This document shows, piece by piece, positions 1-9,394 of a stretch of 64,000 nucleotides of DNA. The stretch is from Patescibacteria group bacterium (GTDB taxonomy: Bacteria; Patescibacteriota; Minisyncoccia; UBA6257; 2-01-FULL-56-20). The first letter of the stretch is position 1, and every line of letters starts with the position of its first letter. Location of the stretch: positions 64,172-128,171 of the forward strand of contig JANLHI010000032.1 of the NCBI GenBank assembly GCA_024654525.1, read 5' to 3'. The notes beneath the pieces were generated by a model that did no database searches, had not been told where the DNA came from, and saw only the letters and a program-made list of their open reading frames with translations. A program made the position numbers and the translations under genes.

Positions 1-1
1 A

Positions 2-1183
2 AAAAGAGGAATTCGTGTTCAAAAAATACGCCTTCAGGATCTTCTTCATAACACCGATAAGCGCATTGAGACGTTGGAGCAAGAAATTTATCAATATGCA
101 GGAGAACGTTTCAATCTTAATTCTCCAAGAGAAGTGGGAAGAATTTTATTTGAGAAACTTGAGATAGGAGGTAAGGAGTCCCGAACGCCTACGGGACAAC
201 GGACTACACGAGAAGACGTTTTGCATGCGATTGCGGATCGACATCCGATCATAGAGAAGATTCTTTCCTATCGGGAGTTTTTTAAGGTGCAATCCACATA
301 TATTATTCCACTTCTCGAATGCAGTGTTGCTGATGAGAGAGTACATACTGAATTTGTGCAGACGGGAACGGGAACAGGAAGGCTTAGTTCTCGGAATCCC
401 AATATTCAAAATATTCCACAAAATTTTATATGGGCGAATGAGTTGCGATCGGCATTTGTGGCGCAGGAGGGGTGGTCGCTCGTTGCGTGCGATTATACTC
501 AAATTGAACTTCGTATTCTTGCCGCCGTTACGGGAGATGAAGGACTTATAGGGGCGTGTCGAAGAGGAGATGATTTGCATAAGATCACGGCATCGCGTGT
601 GCTGGGAATTGCTCCCGAAAAGGTGAGTGATAAGGATCGGCGGTTGGCAAAAACGCTCAATTTCGGGTTGGTGTATGGTATGGGGTCTCGCGCGTTTGCT
701 GAGGCAGCGGGTATTTCTTCCGAAGAAGCAAAGCGTTTTATTGCACAATATTTTTCCACATTTTCTCGTGTGAAAGAGTGGCAGGAAGGAATAAAGACAT
801 ATGCGCGGACGGAAGGATATGTACAAACGCTTTCGGGGCGGCGGCGGTATCTTCCTGATATTCTTTCTTCTTTTCCTCGAGCCCGAGCAGATGCGGAAAG
901 ACTCGCGATCAATCACCCCATCCAAGGACTTGGTGCTGACATCATGAAATGCGCTATGGTCGGGGTATGGCGTATGATTACCGATAAAAAATGGGAAGAT
1001 AGAGTTCATATGCTTCTTTCTATTCACGATGAATTGTTGTTCGAAGTTCGCGATGATATGATTGAAATTGCGCTTCCTCGCATTTCAGAATGCATGGAGT
1101 CTGCGTATGCGCTCGCAGTTCCTCTTACGGTGAAAATTGCAATAGGAAAAGATTGGGGGAACCTTACCGTGTGGGGAAAATAA
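2..1183 (+). CDS. polA: DNA polymerase I, C-terminal polymerase domain (5' end lies beyond window start)
   Basis: Reading frame is open from position 2. Translation shows family-A polymerase motifs (RILAAVTGDEGL, KTLNFGLVYGM, SIHDELLFE). Confidence 0.85.
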   Translation, partial: KRGIRVQKIRLQDLLHNTDKRIETLEQEIYQYAGERFNLNSPREVGRILFEKLEIGGKESRTPTGQRTTREDVLHAIADRHPIIEKILSYREFFKVQSTYIIPLLECSVADERVHTEFVQTGTGTGRLSSRNPNIQNIPQNFIWANELRSAFVAQEGWSLVACDYTQIELRILAAVTGDEGLIGACRRGDDLHKITASRVLGIAPEKVSDKDRRLAKTLNFGLVYGMGSRAFAEAAGISSEEAKRFIAQYFSTFSRVKEWQEGIKTYARTEGYVQTLSGRRRYLPDILSSFPRARADAERLAINHPIQGLGADIMKCAMVGVWRMITDKKWEDRVHMLLSIHDELLFEVRDDMIEIALPRISECMESAYALAVPLTVKIAIGKDWGNLTVWGK

Positions 1184-1198
1184 TTTTTATTTTTATAT

Positions 1199-2536
1199 AT
1201 GCAACCACAACAAACCAATAACGAGGAACACCCACGGACGAGAGGGTCATTGGTAAGAGTATTATGGATAGCCGGACTTCCACTTCTTGCGGTGCTCGGT
1301 ATAAGCGGGTTTTTCCTTCCTCCTATTTTATTGTTTGCGGAAGGAGTATTACTTGCGGGTGCTATAGCAATTACGATGTTTGCGGTTGCAGGGAATGTTT
1401 CCACCTCTCCTCGAGAGAATGCGTTGGATGCCGGTTTTCAAGCGGTATTAGAGCGTCTTGATGCCGCGGTATTTATCTACAGCAAGGATTTTAAGATTGT
1501 ATTTTGGAATAATGCCGCGGAGAATCTATTCTCTGTTTCCAAAGACGAGGCACTCGGACATGTACTTTCACCTCAAGATGCGGAGAGTTCGAAAACGAAA
1601 CTTCTTGCACAGGTTGCGTTTCCCTCGCTTGCGCCGGGTATGGTGGTACGTTCTCCTGCGGGCATTTTACCGCAAGTTGCCGATCTTTCGTTTAATAATC
1701 CGTTTTTAGAAATTCGTGTTACGTCGTTTCCTTTGGGACAGGGAGCTGACGGTTCTTCTTTTGGTTTTGCAAAGATTATTCACGATAGGACTCGTGAAAT
1801 GAGTTTAATGAAGTCGAAGGGGGAGTTTGTTACCATCGCATCACACCAATTACGCACTCCCACGACGGGTATTCACTGGGCGTTACAATCACTTCATGAC
1901 GATTCAGGAAAATTTGACTCTCAAACAAAAGCACTTATTGATGGCGCGTTTCAAGGGAGCGAGTTGCTTTTAAAAATAATAGACGATCTTCTTGGTATCG
2001 CGAAAATCGAGGAGGGAAGATTCGGGTATTCATTTGCGAATACGGATATTGTGGAATTTTTGGATAAAATTTTAAGTCAGGTGCTTCCAATCGCGGAGCA
2101 CGCGGGAGTTTCTCTTTATTTTGACAAGCCCACAGAAGCGTTTCCTCCGGCGATTGCCGATCCGCAAAAACTTGCGATGGTAGTTTCTAATCTTATCGAG
2201 AATGCAATCCGGTACAACATGAAGAATGGTACGGTAACAGTAGGGTTGAAACGTGTGCCGAACGAGCCTTTTATAGAAATTACAATAAAAGATACTGGCA
2301 TTGGAATTTCTTCCGAAGATGTGAAAAAATTATTCACTAAGTTTTTTCGCGCGGATAACGCGTTAAAATTACAGACGGAAGGATCGGGTTTAGGGCTCTA
2401 TATTGTGAGGAATATTATACAGGCACACGGAGGGAAAATTTGGGTGGAGTCCCAGCTTGAGAGGGGAACGATATTTCACTTTACTCTTGCAACGGATCAA
2501 AAAAGGGTGCCGCATCACGAGGTGCCGCTGGGGTAG
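1199..2536 (+). CDS. Sensor histidine kinase with N-terminal transmembrane segments and a PAS-like domain
   Basis: Two hydrophobic helices at the N-terminus. HisKA H-box SHQLRTP. HATPase_c motifs NLIENAIRYN and GSGLGLYIV. No response regulator is adjacent. Confidence 0.8.
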   Translation: MQPQQTNNEEHPRTRGSLVRVLWIAGLPLLAVLGISGFFLPPILLFAEGVLLAGAIAITMFAVAGNVSTSPRENALDAGFQAVLERLDAAVFIYSKDFKIVFWNNAAENLFSVSKDEALGHVLSPQDAESSKTKLLAQVAFPSLAPGMVVRSPAGILPQVADLSFNNPFLEIRVTSFPLGQGADGSSFGFAKIIHDRTREMSLMKSKGEFVTIASHQLRTPTTGIHWALQSLHDDSGKFDSQTKALIDGAFQGSELLLKIIDDLLGIAKIEEGRFGYSFANTDIVEFLDKILSQVLPIAEHAGVSLYFDKPTEAFPPAIADPQKLAMVVSNLIENAIRYNMKNGTVTVGLKRVPNEPFIEITIKDTGIGISSEDVKKLFTKFFRADNALKLQTEGSGLGLYIVRNIIQAHGGKIWVESQLERGTIFHFTLATDQKRVPHHEVPLG

Positions 2537-2700
2537 GAATTGCTAGTGAACGGGAGAATCTAGAAACATAAAAAACAGAAAAGGACGAAATTTTCTAAGA
2601 AAATAAAAATACGAAGCCGCGAATGTAATATTCGTAGATTTCGATATTCTGTCATTACCAAACTTGCGTTTCGGGGGAAAACAAGGACAATATAGGCATT

Positions 2701-4347
2701 ATGGTGGCGAAGAAAAATGTACTTCCAAAGTTTATTTTTGTAGTCGGGGGAGTAATGTCTTCGGTCGGGAAAGGGGTCACCGCCGCTTCTATTGGCAAAA
2801 TATTACAAGCACGGGGGTATCGCACCGCGAATATCAAAGCGGATATGTATGTAAATATGGATGCAGGGACGATTCGTCCCGCAGAACACGGAGAGGTGTT
2901 TGTGGGAGAGGATGGTATTGAAGCGGATCAGGACTTAGGGAACTACGAGCGATTTACCGATCAGATCTCTACCCGTGAAAATTACATTACAACAGGACAG
3001 GTGTACGCGGAAGTTATTAGAAAGGAGAGAAATTTGGAATATGAGGGCGAGGATGTTGAGGTATACCCCGATATTCCCAAGGAAATAATAAGACGCATCG
3101 TGTCTTGTCAGAAGAAAAATAATGCGGAGATTACCGTTGTTGAATATGGAGGGACGGTTGGGGAATACCAACTCTTTCCGTTTCTTGAGGCTACGCGGAT
3201 GATGAAGTCAAAAAATCCTGAGGATGTGTGTGTAGTTTTAGTCAGTTATTTGCCTACACCCGCACTGCTTGGAGAACAGAAATCGAAACCCACGCAGCGT
3301 GCGGTTAATGATCTTCATTCGGTGGGGCTTAATCCTGATTTTGTAATTTGCCGCGCCGAGCGTCCCGCGACTTCAGATATTAAGCGGACTATCAGTAACG
3401 TGTGTAGTTTGCCGGTTGATCGAATTATCTCCGCACCGGATGTGTACTCGATATATGATGTTCCGGTGAGCTTTGAAAAAGAAAAATTGAGCGACACATT
3501 ACTCTTTACTCTTGGGCTCGCACCTAAGACAAAAAATTTAAAAGAGTGGACTGCTCTTTCGAAAAAAATAAAGAGGGCGAAAAAAGAAGTGGTCATCGGC
3601 GTGGTAGGGAAGTATTTTAATTTCAAGTCAGTAAAGGATACCTATATTTCCGTGATTGAATCCATCAATCATGCCGTGTGGCAGTTAGGGAAAAAGCCCA
3701 AAATGTTATGGCTGGACTCGGAACGATATGAGCGTGATCCCAAACTTCTCAAGGAATTAGATAATGTGCAGGGTATTGTGGTGCCTGGCGGATTTGGTTC
3801 TCGCGGTGTTGAAGGAATAATTGCAGTAATTAAGTATGCACGGGAGAAAAAAATTCCTTATTTCGGACTTTGTTATGGTATGCAGCTTGCAACTGTGGAA
3901 TTTGCACGACATGTGGCACGGCTTGAGGGTGCAAACACGACAGAGATAAATCCCAAAACCCCACATCCGGTGATTGACTTTATGGTGGAACAGAAGGCAA
4001 ATGTAACCGAAAAAAAATACGGAGGCACAATGCGTTTGGGCGCATATCCCGCATCTCTTAAAAAAGGCACAATTGCACGCGAGGCATACGGCGTACCGCG
4101 AATATCCGAAAGGCATCGCCACCGTTACGAAGTAAACCCGAAATATATTGAACGCATGGAAAAGAAGGGACTGGTATTTTCCGGCATTTCTCCCGACCGA
4201 CGGCTTATGGAAATCGTGGAACTTCCTAAAGATAAACACCCGTTCTTTGTAGGAGTACAGTTTCATCCGGAATTCAAAAGTAGACCTTTAAAGCCCCATC
4301 CTTTGTTCCGTGAGTTTATTAAAGCAACGCTCAAACAATCCAAATAA
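2701..4347 (+). CDS. pyrG: CTP synthase
   Basis: N-terminus FIFVVGGVMSSVGKGVTAAS matches the CTP synthase P-loop. C-terminal glutamine amidotransferase motifs GLCYGMQ and HPEF are present. Confidence 0.9.
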   Translation: MVAKKNVLPKFIFVVGGVMSSVGKGVTAASIGKILQARGYRTANIKADMYVNMDAGTIRPAEHGEVFVGEDGIEADQDLGNYERFTDQISTRENYITTGQVYAEVIRKERNLEYEGEDVEVYPDIPKEIIRRIVSCQKKNNAEITVVEYGGTVGEYQLFPFLEATRMMKSKNPEDVCVVLVSYLPTPALLGEQKSKPTQRAVNDLHSVGLNPDFVICRAERPATSDIKRTISNVCSLPVDRIISAPDVYSIYDVPVSFEKEKLSDTLLFTLGLAPKTKNLKEWTALSKKIKRAKKEVVIGVVGKYFNFKSVKDTYISVIESINHAVWQLGKKPKMLWLDSERYERDPKLLKELDNVQGIVVPGGFGSRGVEGIIAVIKYAREKKIPYFGLCYGMQLATVEFARHVARLEGANTTEINPKTPHPVIDFMVEQKANVTEKKYGGTMRLGAYPASLKKGTIAREAYGVPRISERHRHRYEVNPKYIERMEKKGLVFSGISPDRRLMEIVELPKDKHPFFVGVQFHPEFKSRPLKPHPLFREFIKATLKQSK

Positions 4348-4453
4348 TAAAGTTTAAATTAATGTTTAAAGTTCTAAATCTAAAATAAATCATTTTGATA
4401 TTTAGATTTTGGATTTAATCTCTCATTTAGACTTTGAAATTTAAACTTATTAC

Positions 4454-5236
4454 ATGATTATATTTCTCCATGGGCCTGATGATTACCGACGCACAAAAGA
4501 GAAGAGTGCGATAATAGAAAAGTTTTTGCATAAACATTCTGCGGTGGGGTTTCGCGTGTTTGATTGTGCCGAAGAGGATTCATTTGTTTTTCTGAGTGAA
4601 TTTGCGAAGAGCTCCGGGCTTTTTAATACGCAACGGCTTGCGGTGCTCGAGTCCGCGTGGGAGGCGCCCGAGAAAGAATTGAAAGAATGGCTTTCTGCGG
4701 TTCAGAGTGTAAAACACATAACTGCACTTATTTCCGAACATGATACACCAAAAAAAGAATTCGCATTTTTAAAAAAGAAACCGGTTATTATAAAGGAGTT
4801 TAATGTGCTTCAAGGTACTGCATGGGAGAAATTCATCCTTGCAGAAGCGAAAAGCAGAGGCGTGTTACTTGCGGCGGACGCGGTGAAATTTTTTGCACAA
4901 ATATATAGAGGAGACAGTTGGAGACTTGCAACAGAGCTTGATAAGGTGGCGTTGTTTGCCGGCGGGAGTGTGAGTTTGTGTGATCTTGAACGGTTGGGGT
5001 TGGAAATCCCTCTCGACTCCTTCTCTCTTATTCGGAAGTTTGGAGTGCCGGATAAGAAAGTTCGCCTTGCGACACTTGAAGAATTGTTTCTTACTCGCAA
5101 TCCTGCGGCGAAGATTTTCAATATTCTTTCTGCATTCGCTCCCGCCCGCGCCGCGCAATTCGCGGAGTATGACTACGCAATAAAAAACGGAAAGCTTGAT
5201 TATGAGGAGGCGCTTACGGATTTGGCGCTTTCGTAG
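4454..5236 (+). CDS. DNA polymerase III delta subunit (HolA)-like protein, short form
   Basis: 260-aa ORF. N-terminal MIIFLHGPDDY and overall helical composition resemble HolA. Assignment is tentative. Confidence 0.4.
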   Translation: MIIFLHGPDDYRRTKEKSAIIEKFLHKHSAVGFRVFDCAEEDSFVFLSEFAKSSGLFNTQRLAVLESAWEAPEKELKEWLSAVQSVKHITALISEHDTPKKEFAFLKKKPVIIKEFNVLQGTAWEKFILAEAKSRGVLLAADAVKFFAQIYRGDSWRLATELDKVALFAGGSVSLCDLERLGLEIPLDSFSLIRKFGVPDKKVRLATLEELFLTRNPAAKIFNILSAFAPARAAQFAEYDYAIKNGKLDYEEALTDLALS

Positions 5237-5302
5237 TATTTCCACCTCTTATGTTATGTAGATTTGCAGTAATGCTGGAAATTAGGAGGTTGTCCGACTG
5301 CT

Positions 5303-5338
5303 CCCAATGGAACAATTCTATAGAATTGTTCCATTGGG
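5303..5338. repeat. 36-bp perfect palindrome CCCAATGGAACAATTC-TATA-GAATTGTTCCATTGGG between convergent genes
   Basis: 16-bp perfect inverted arms seen directly. Followed by an A-run, not a T-run, on the + strand. Confidence 0.7.
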
Positions 5339-5422
5339 AAAATAAAACAAGCTCGGCGCGTATGCGCGGAGCTTGTTTCTTGTTTGATTCAGCCGTTTCG
5401 TTGCCGGTAATGTGTTCGCGCG

Positions 5423-5887
5423 TCACACGATCGCACTTGAGCGTCGGCGGCTTTTCTCGGCGCAACGATATTCGGTTTGGTGGAGAATATCCCAAGTGAT
5501 GGCAATTATAGTGGTAAATGCAATTTCCACAAAGACTTCTTTCGGTGACATGCCGATTTTGAACGCTAATCCCGCCTGTATAAGAGTCGTTCTCTCAAGG
5601 AATTCATCCGTGCCGAAGTTCCAATATCTACCGTCTATTTCCCCCAAGCCATAGGAGCCGATGTGCCGAATCGTTTCTTCTCTCATTGTGGAAACTCTGC
5701 GTCGCACACGCCGGGATAGTTCTTCGCGGAGAGATTGGAGGCTCTTGGGGGGTTCGCCGTTGATGATAATTTTCGGAATGAAGCGAAGAGTCTCTCTGAG
5801 TATCCATCGAATTTCTTTTGACTGGATGTTGGATATGTCCATATTAGTCTTTATTAAGTTGTGAATGTGCGAATCGTTTTTTTCCAA
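5423..5887 (-). CDS. Hypothetical protein (154 aa)
   Basis: ORF with coding-like composition. No recognisable motifs. Confidence 0.4.
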   Translation of the reverse strand: MEKNDSHIHNLIKTNMDISNIQSKEIRWILRETLRFIPKIIINGEPPKSLQSLREELSRRVRRRVSTMREETIRHIGSYGLGEIDGRYWNFGTDEFLERTTLIQAGLAFKIGMSPKEVFVEIAFTTIIAITWDILHQTEYRCAEKSRRRSSAIV

Positions 5888-5954
5888 GGAACTCGCACGT
5901 TATTCCCTGGCGGAAAGACTTTTATTAGAATGAGAATCCTTTTTCCGTCAGGGA

Positions 5955-5991
5955 ACAGAAACAAAACCGCCCTCGTGTGCACTAAGGGCGG
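5955..5991 (-). terminator. Rho-independent terminator downstream of rpsT
   Basis: Hairpin CCGCCCT-N11-AGGGCGG followed on the minus strand by TTTTGTTT. Confidence 0.6.
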
Positions 5992-6022
5992 TAGGGGTTC
6001 TTAAAAACAAAAGCTTCCGCGG

Positions 6023-6310
6023 TTAGCGCATGGAGGGCGTTCGCGGTGCCGGCGGAGTTACGAGTTTCGTGGCGAGACGCGATTTGAGGCGGCTTGCTTT
6101 GTTGGAGGCAATGGCATGAGTTTTCGCGGCCTTATCGAGGGATTGATAGATTTTTGAAAGCATCGCTTTTGCTTCTTGTTGCTTCTTTGCGGCGAGGAGT
6201 TTTTTATACTCTTTTATTGCGTCTTTATAGGCGTCTTTTCGTATGATATTGCGCGCTTTTCGGCGGACGCTTTGGCGTAATGCTTTTTTTGCTGAAGAGG
6301 TGATTGGCAT
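6023..6310 (-). CDS. rpsT: 30S ribosomal protein S20
   Basis: Basic 95-aa protein. N-terminus SAKKALRQSVRRKARN is typical of S20. Confidence 0.85.
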   Translation of the reverse strand: MPITSSAKKALRQSVRRKARNIIRKDAYKDAIKEYKKLLAAKKQQEAKAMLSKIYQSLDKAAKTHAIASNKASRLKSRLATKLVTPPAPRTPSMR

Positions 6311-6401
6311 GGACGTAAGATTGTTGTGGAAAAATACTAACTCAATATCATATGCACTGTCAATGTTTTTTTATTGTCTGAAAATAAGATACGATTGAAG
6401 C

Positions 6402-6986
6402 ATGATACACACCCTTGAGGGAGTACTGGAACTGAAAAGTAGCCGTTCCGCGGTGATAAATGTAGGGGGGGTGGGTTTTTCGGTATATTTTCACGATCGA
6501 ACATTGCGAGGGTTGCCACGGATTGGGTCAAAAGTGAAGGTGTTTACGCATCTTAATGTGAAGGAAGATGCGCTTGAGTTGTATGGATTTTTGGATGCGG
6601 GGGATTTAGCGATTTTTAATCTTCTTCACTCTGTATCTGGTGTAGGACCAAAGTCGGCATTGTCCGTATTAGATGTAGCAGAGCATAAGGAGATAGAGGC
6701 GGCTATTAAGGAAAATCGTCCAGATTTACTTTCGCGAGCATCGGGTATAGGAAGAAAGACTGCCGAAAGAATCATTCTTGAACTAAAAAATAAGATAGTG
6801 ATGCGCGGTACGGGTGCGATGGTGGAACATATGGAGTCGGATGCTGATCTTGCGGAAGCGCTTGTGGGGATGGGATATAGTCGTGATGAAGCAAGAATTG
6901 CGATTACAAAGACGGAGGCGCATAACGATCTCGGAGTCCGATTTAGAGAAGCGCTTAAAATATTAGGAAGAAAGAAAACTTTATGA
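6402..6986 (+). CDS. ruvA: Holliday junction DNA helicase RuvA
   Basis: Start MIHTLEGVL. HhH motifs LLHSVSGVGPKSALSVL and ASGIGRKTAERIILEL. C-terminal domain resembles the RuvB-binding domain. No ruvB follows. Confidence 0.85.
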   Translation: MIHTLEGVLELKSSRSAVINVGGVGFSVYFHDRTLRGLPRIGSKVKVFTHLNVKEDALELYGFLDAGDLAIFNLLHSVSGVGPKSALSVLDVAEHKEIEAAIKENRPDLLSRASGIGRKTAERIILELKNKIVMRGTGAMVEHMESDADLAEALVGMGYSRDEARIAITKTEAHNDLGVRFREALKILGRKKTL

Positions 6987-8032
6987 GCTCCATTGTTTTT
7001 GAAGAATTACGAGGGTCAGAACGGTTCCATCCAGAATTGATTACTTCGCACCCTCCCTTCACACAAAGTTATTCATACGGAGAGTGGCAACGCGCGATAG
7101 GGAAAAGGGTGCGACGTTTTGTGGGTATGCGCGGAGAAGAATGTGTGGCAACGCTCCAACTTGTGCAGTATCCCCTCGTGGGAGGTAAAAATTATATATA
7201 TGCTCCTTATGGTCCCGTATTGAAAAACGCGAATGATGGAGAGGTGGTGAAGGCGGTGCGCGATGTGGTTACCGAAGTTACTCACGGCTCTCGTGCGGTA
7301 TTTACGCGTCTTGATTTTTTTCCGATGCTCTACGGAGATGCATTAAGGAGTGCGAACAGTGTATTCCATCATGCACTGAAAGGGACATATCGAGGAACGG
7401 CGTTTCAGCCTCGTGCCGAATGGGAACTCGACCTTTCTCATTCGGAGGACGAGCTTATGCGCGACATGCACCACAATACTCGTTACAGTATTCGGGCGGC
7501 GGCGCGGCGTGAAGTACAAGTGGAAATAATTGGAGCGCAGTTTCTTTCACGGCGATTCGAGGACTTTTTCAAAATCATGCAAGAGACTTCGGCGCGGAAT
7601 GAGTTTAAGCTTCATACCAAGTTGTATTACGAATCTGTATTTCGCATTGCTGGCGAGGAAGGGAATGCATTTCTTGTTCTTGCTCGGTATAACGAGGTCA
7701 TACTTGCCGCTCATTTCATTTTTCTTTTTGGAGGCATAGCTCATTTTGTGTTCGGGGGGTCAAGCACGGAGCATAGGGATTTGTTCGGTTCATATTCCGC
7801 GCAGTGGGCCGCAATTCGCGAAGCAAAAGCTCGAGGCGCGCGTTTCTACAGTTTTGGAGGTGTTTCGGGAGGGAGGAATATGCGGGAGGATTGGGGAGGG
7901 CTTTCGAGTTTTAAGCGCAAATTTGGAGGAAATATTTTTTCGCATGGAGAATTTTATGATGTTGTTGCCAGTCCGGTTTGGTATTATGCGTACGTAGCCA
8001 GAAAATACTTACAGTCACTATGCAAAAAATAA
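6983..8032 (+). CDS. FemAB-family peptidoglycan interpeptide-bridge aminoacyltransferase
   Basis: 349-aa ORF with FemAB-like composition (NYIYAPYGPV, FKRKFGG). Its end overlaps the murE start. Confidence 0.6.
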   Translation: MSSIVFEELRGSERFHPELITSHPPFTQSYSYGEWQRAIGKRVRRFVGMRGEECVATLQLVQYPLVGGKNYIYAPYGPVLKNANDGEVVKAVRDVVTEVTHGSRAVFTRLDFFPMLYGDALRSANSVFHHALKGTYRGTAFQPRAEWELDLSHSEDELMRDMHHNTRYSIRAAARREVQVEIIGAQFLSRRFEDFFKIMQETSARNEFKLHTKLYYESVFRIAGEEGNAFLVLARYNEVILAAHFIFLFGGIAHFVFGGSSTEHRDLFGSYSAQWAAIREAKARGARFYSFGGVSGGRNMREDWGGLSSFKRKFGGNIFSHGEFYDVVASPVWYYAYVARKYLQSLCKK

Positions 8033-9360
8033 AAAAGACGCTTCGTCGCATTATTCCCCAATGGGCACTTTCTCTTTATCACTATGGGATGGCGCGTATC
8101 GCCGAGGTGAGATATGGGTTTCCTTCGCGGAAGATTGTAGTGATTGGCGTGACGGGTACGAAAGGAAAAACCACTGCATCGAATTTTATATGGGCGGTGC
8201 TCACCGCGGGAGGAAAGAAGACGGGATTATTGAGTACTGCGGTAATCCGGATTGGCGATCGGCAAATGATCAATGCATATCACATGACTATGCCCGGGCC
8301 TTTTACGCTTCAGCGTTTTCTCAAAGATATGGTTGACGACGGATGCACTCATTGTGTGATCGAAACTACTTCCCAAGGATTGGCGCAGTGGAGACATGTG
8401 GGCATTTGGTATGACGTTGCGGTGTTTACCAATCTTGCGCCACGGGGAACTACCGAACATGTAGAAGCACACGGTTCTCTTGAAGCGTATCGAGCGGCAA
8501 AAGGAAGATTATTTTCCGCGCTCATGCATCATCCGCAAAAAACTATCGAAGGGGAGCTAGTACCGCGCATAGCGCTGGTAAATAACGATTCGGATCATAA
8601 GGATTTTTTTGCGCGATTTCCTGTCGAGCATGTAGCAACATTCGGGACTGAACCGGGCGCAGATTATATTGCCGAGAATATCACTACGGATACGCAAGGG
8701 GTTTTTTTTCACGTACATAATAAGCAGTACGTGCTTGCAATGCTCGGTGAATTCAATGTAATGAATGCGTTGCCTGCAGTTGCGCTTGGAGATATATTGG
8801 GAATTTCTTCGGATCGTATCGCGCAAGGACTTGTCTCATTCTCTTTTATTCCCGGGAGGATGGAGATTATAAATGAAGGTCAAGAGTTCGGAGTGATTGT
8901 GGATTACGCTCACGAGAAGGTGAGTATGGAAACGCTTCTTGTCGCTGCACGGGGATTCGTGAGGAAGGAAAAAAAATTAATTGTAGTGCTTGGAGCGGAA
9001 GGAGGAGGACGTGATAAGGCGAAGCGTCCCGCGATGGGAGAGCTTGCGGGAAAACTTGCGGATTATGTGGTGGTGTCAAACGTTGATCCTTACGATGATG
9101 ATCCGAAAGAAATAGCAGAAGATATTGCGTGCGCAGTGGAAAATGCCGGAAAAATACGTGAGACAACGTTGTTTGTCATTGAAGACCGACGTGAAGGAAT
9201 TCGGAAGGCGCTTGAAATTGCGAACAGAGGAGACCTTGTGCTTGTCACGGGAAAGGGAGCGGAGCAATCCATGATTTTTAAAGAAAAGACCATGTTGTGG
9301 GATGATCGCATGGTAGTGAGAGAAGAACTACATGATATGGAAAACAACAAAAAGATGTAG
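8020..9360 (+). CDS. murE: UDP-N-acetylmuramoyl-tripeptide (Mur) ligase, MurE-like
   Basis: Mur ligase P-loop IGVTGTKGKTTASNFI. Central and C-terminal Mur ligase domains present. Start chosen at the internal Met (MQKIKK) to avoid a 55-nt overlap with the upstream gene. Confidence 0.8.
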   Translation: MQKIKKTLRRIIPQWALSLYHYGMARIAEVRYGFPSRKIVVIGVTGTKGKTTASNFIWAVLTAGGKKTGLLSTAVIRIGDRQMINAYHMTMPGPFTLQRFLKDMVDDGCTHCVIETTSQGLAQWRHVGIWYDVAVFTNLAPRGTTEHVEAHGSLEAYRAAKGRLFSALMHHPQKTIEGELVPRIALVNNDSDHKDFFARFPVEHVATFGTEPGADYIAENITTDTQGVFFHVHNKQYVLAMLGEFNVMNALPAVALGDILGISSDRIAQGLVSFSFIPGRMEIINEGQEFGVIVDYAHEKVSMETLLVAARGFVRKEKKLIVVLGAEGGGRDKAKRPAMGELAGKLADYVVVSNVDPYDDDPKEIAEDIACAVENAGKIRETTLFVIEDRREGIRKALEIANRGDLVLVTGKGAEQSMIFKEKTMLWDDRMVVREELHDMENNKKM

Positions 9361-9394
9361 AATGAAAGAACAGTATTAGGCGGGAATATTTTTT

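Noticed and set aside
146-1027. Long antisense ORFs overlapping real genes. Examples: 146-1027(-) inside polA; 3757-4266(-) inside pyrG; 18141-18776(-) and 18629-19147(-) inside the ClpB-like gene; 42485-43264(+) inside rnj; 47565-48272(+) inside gpmI; 28405-29052(-) inside pyrC.
   Set aside because: Each lies opposite a gene with clear family motifs. Their translations are low-complexity or Arg/Ser-rich with no motifs. They are typical shadow ORFs.
7978-8019. Upstream start of murE at 7978, overlapping the FemAB-like gene by 55 nt.
   Set aside because: The internal Met at 8020 (MQKIKK) removes most of the overlap and precedes the Mur ligase N-domain. The longer form is not excluded.
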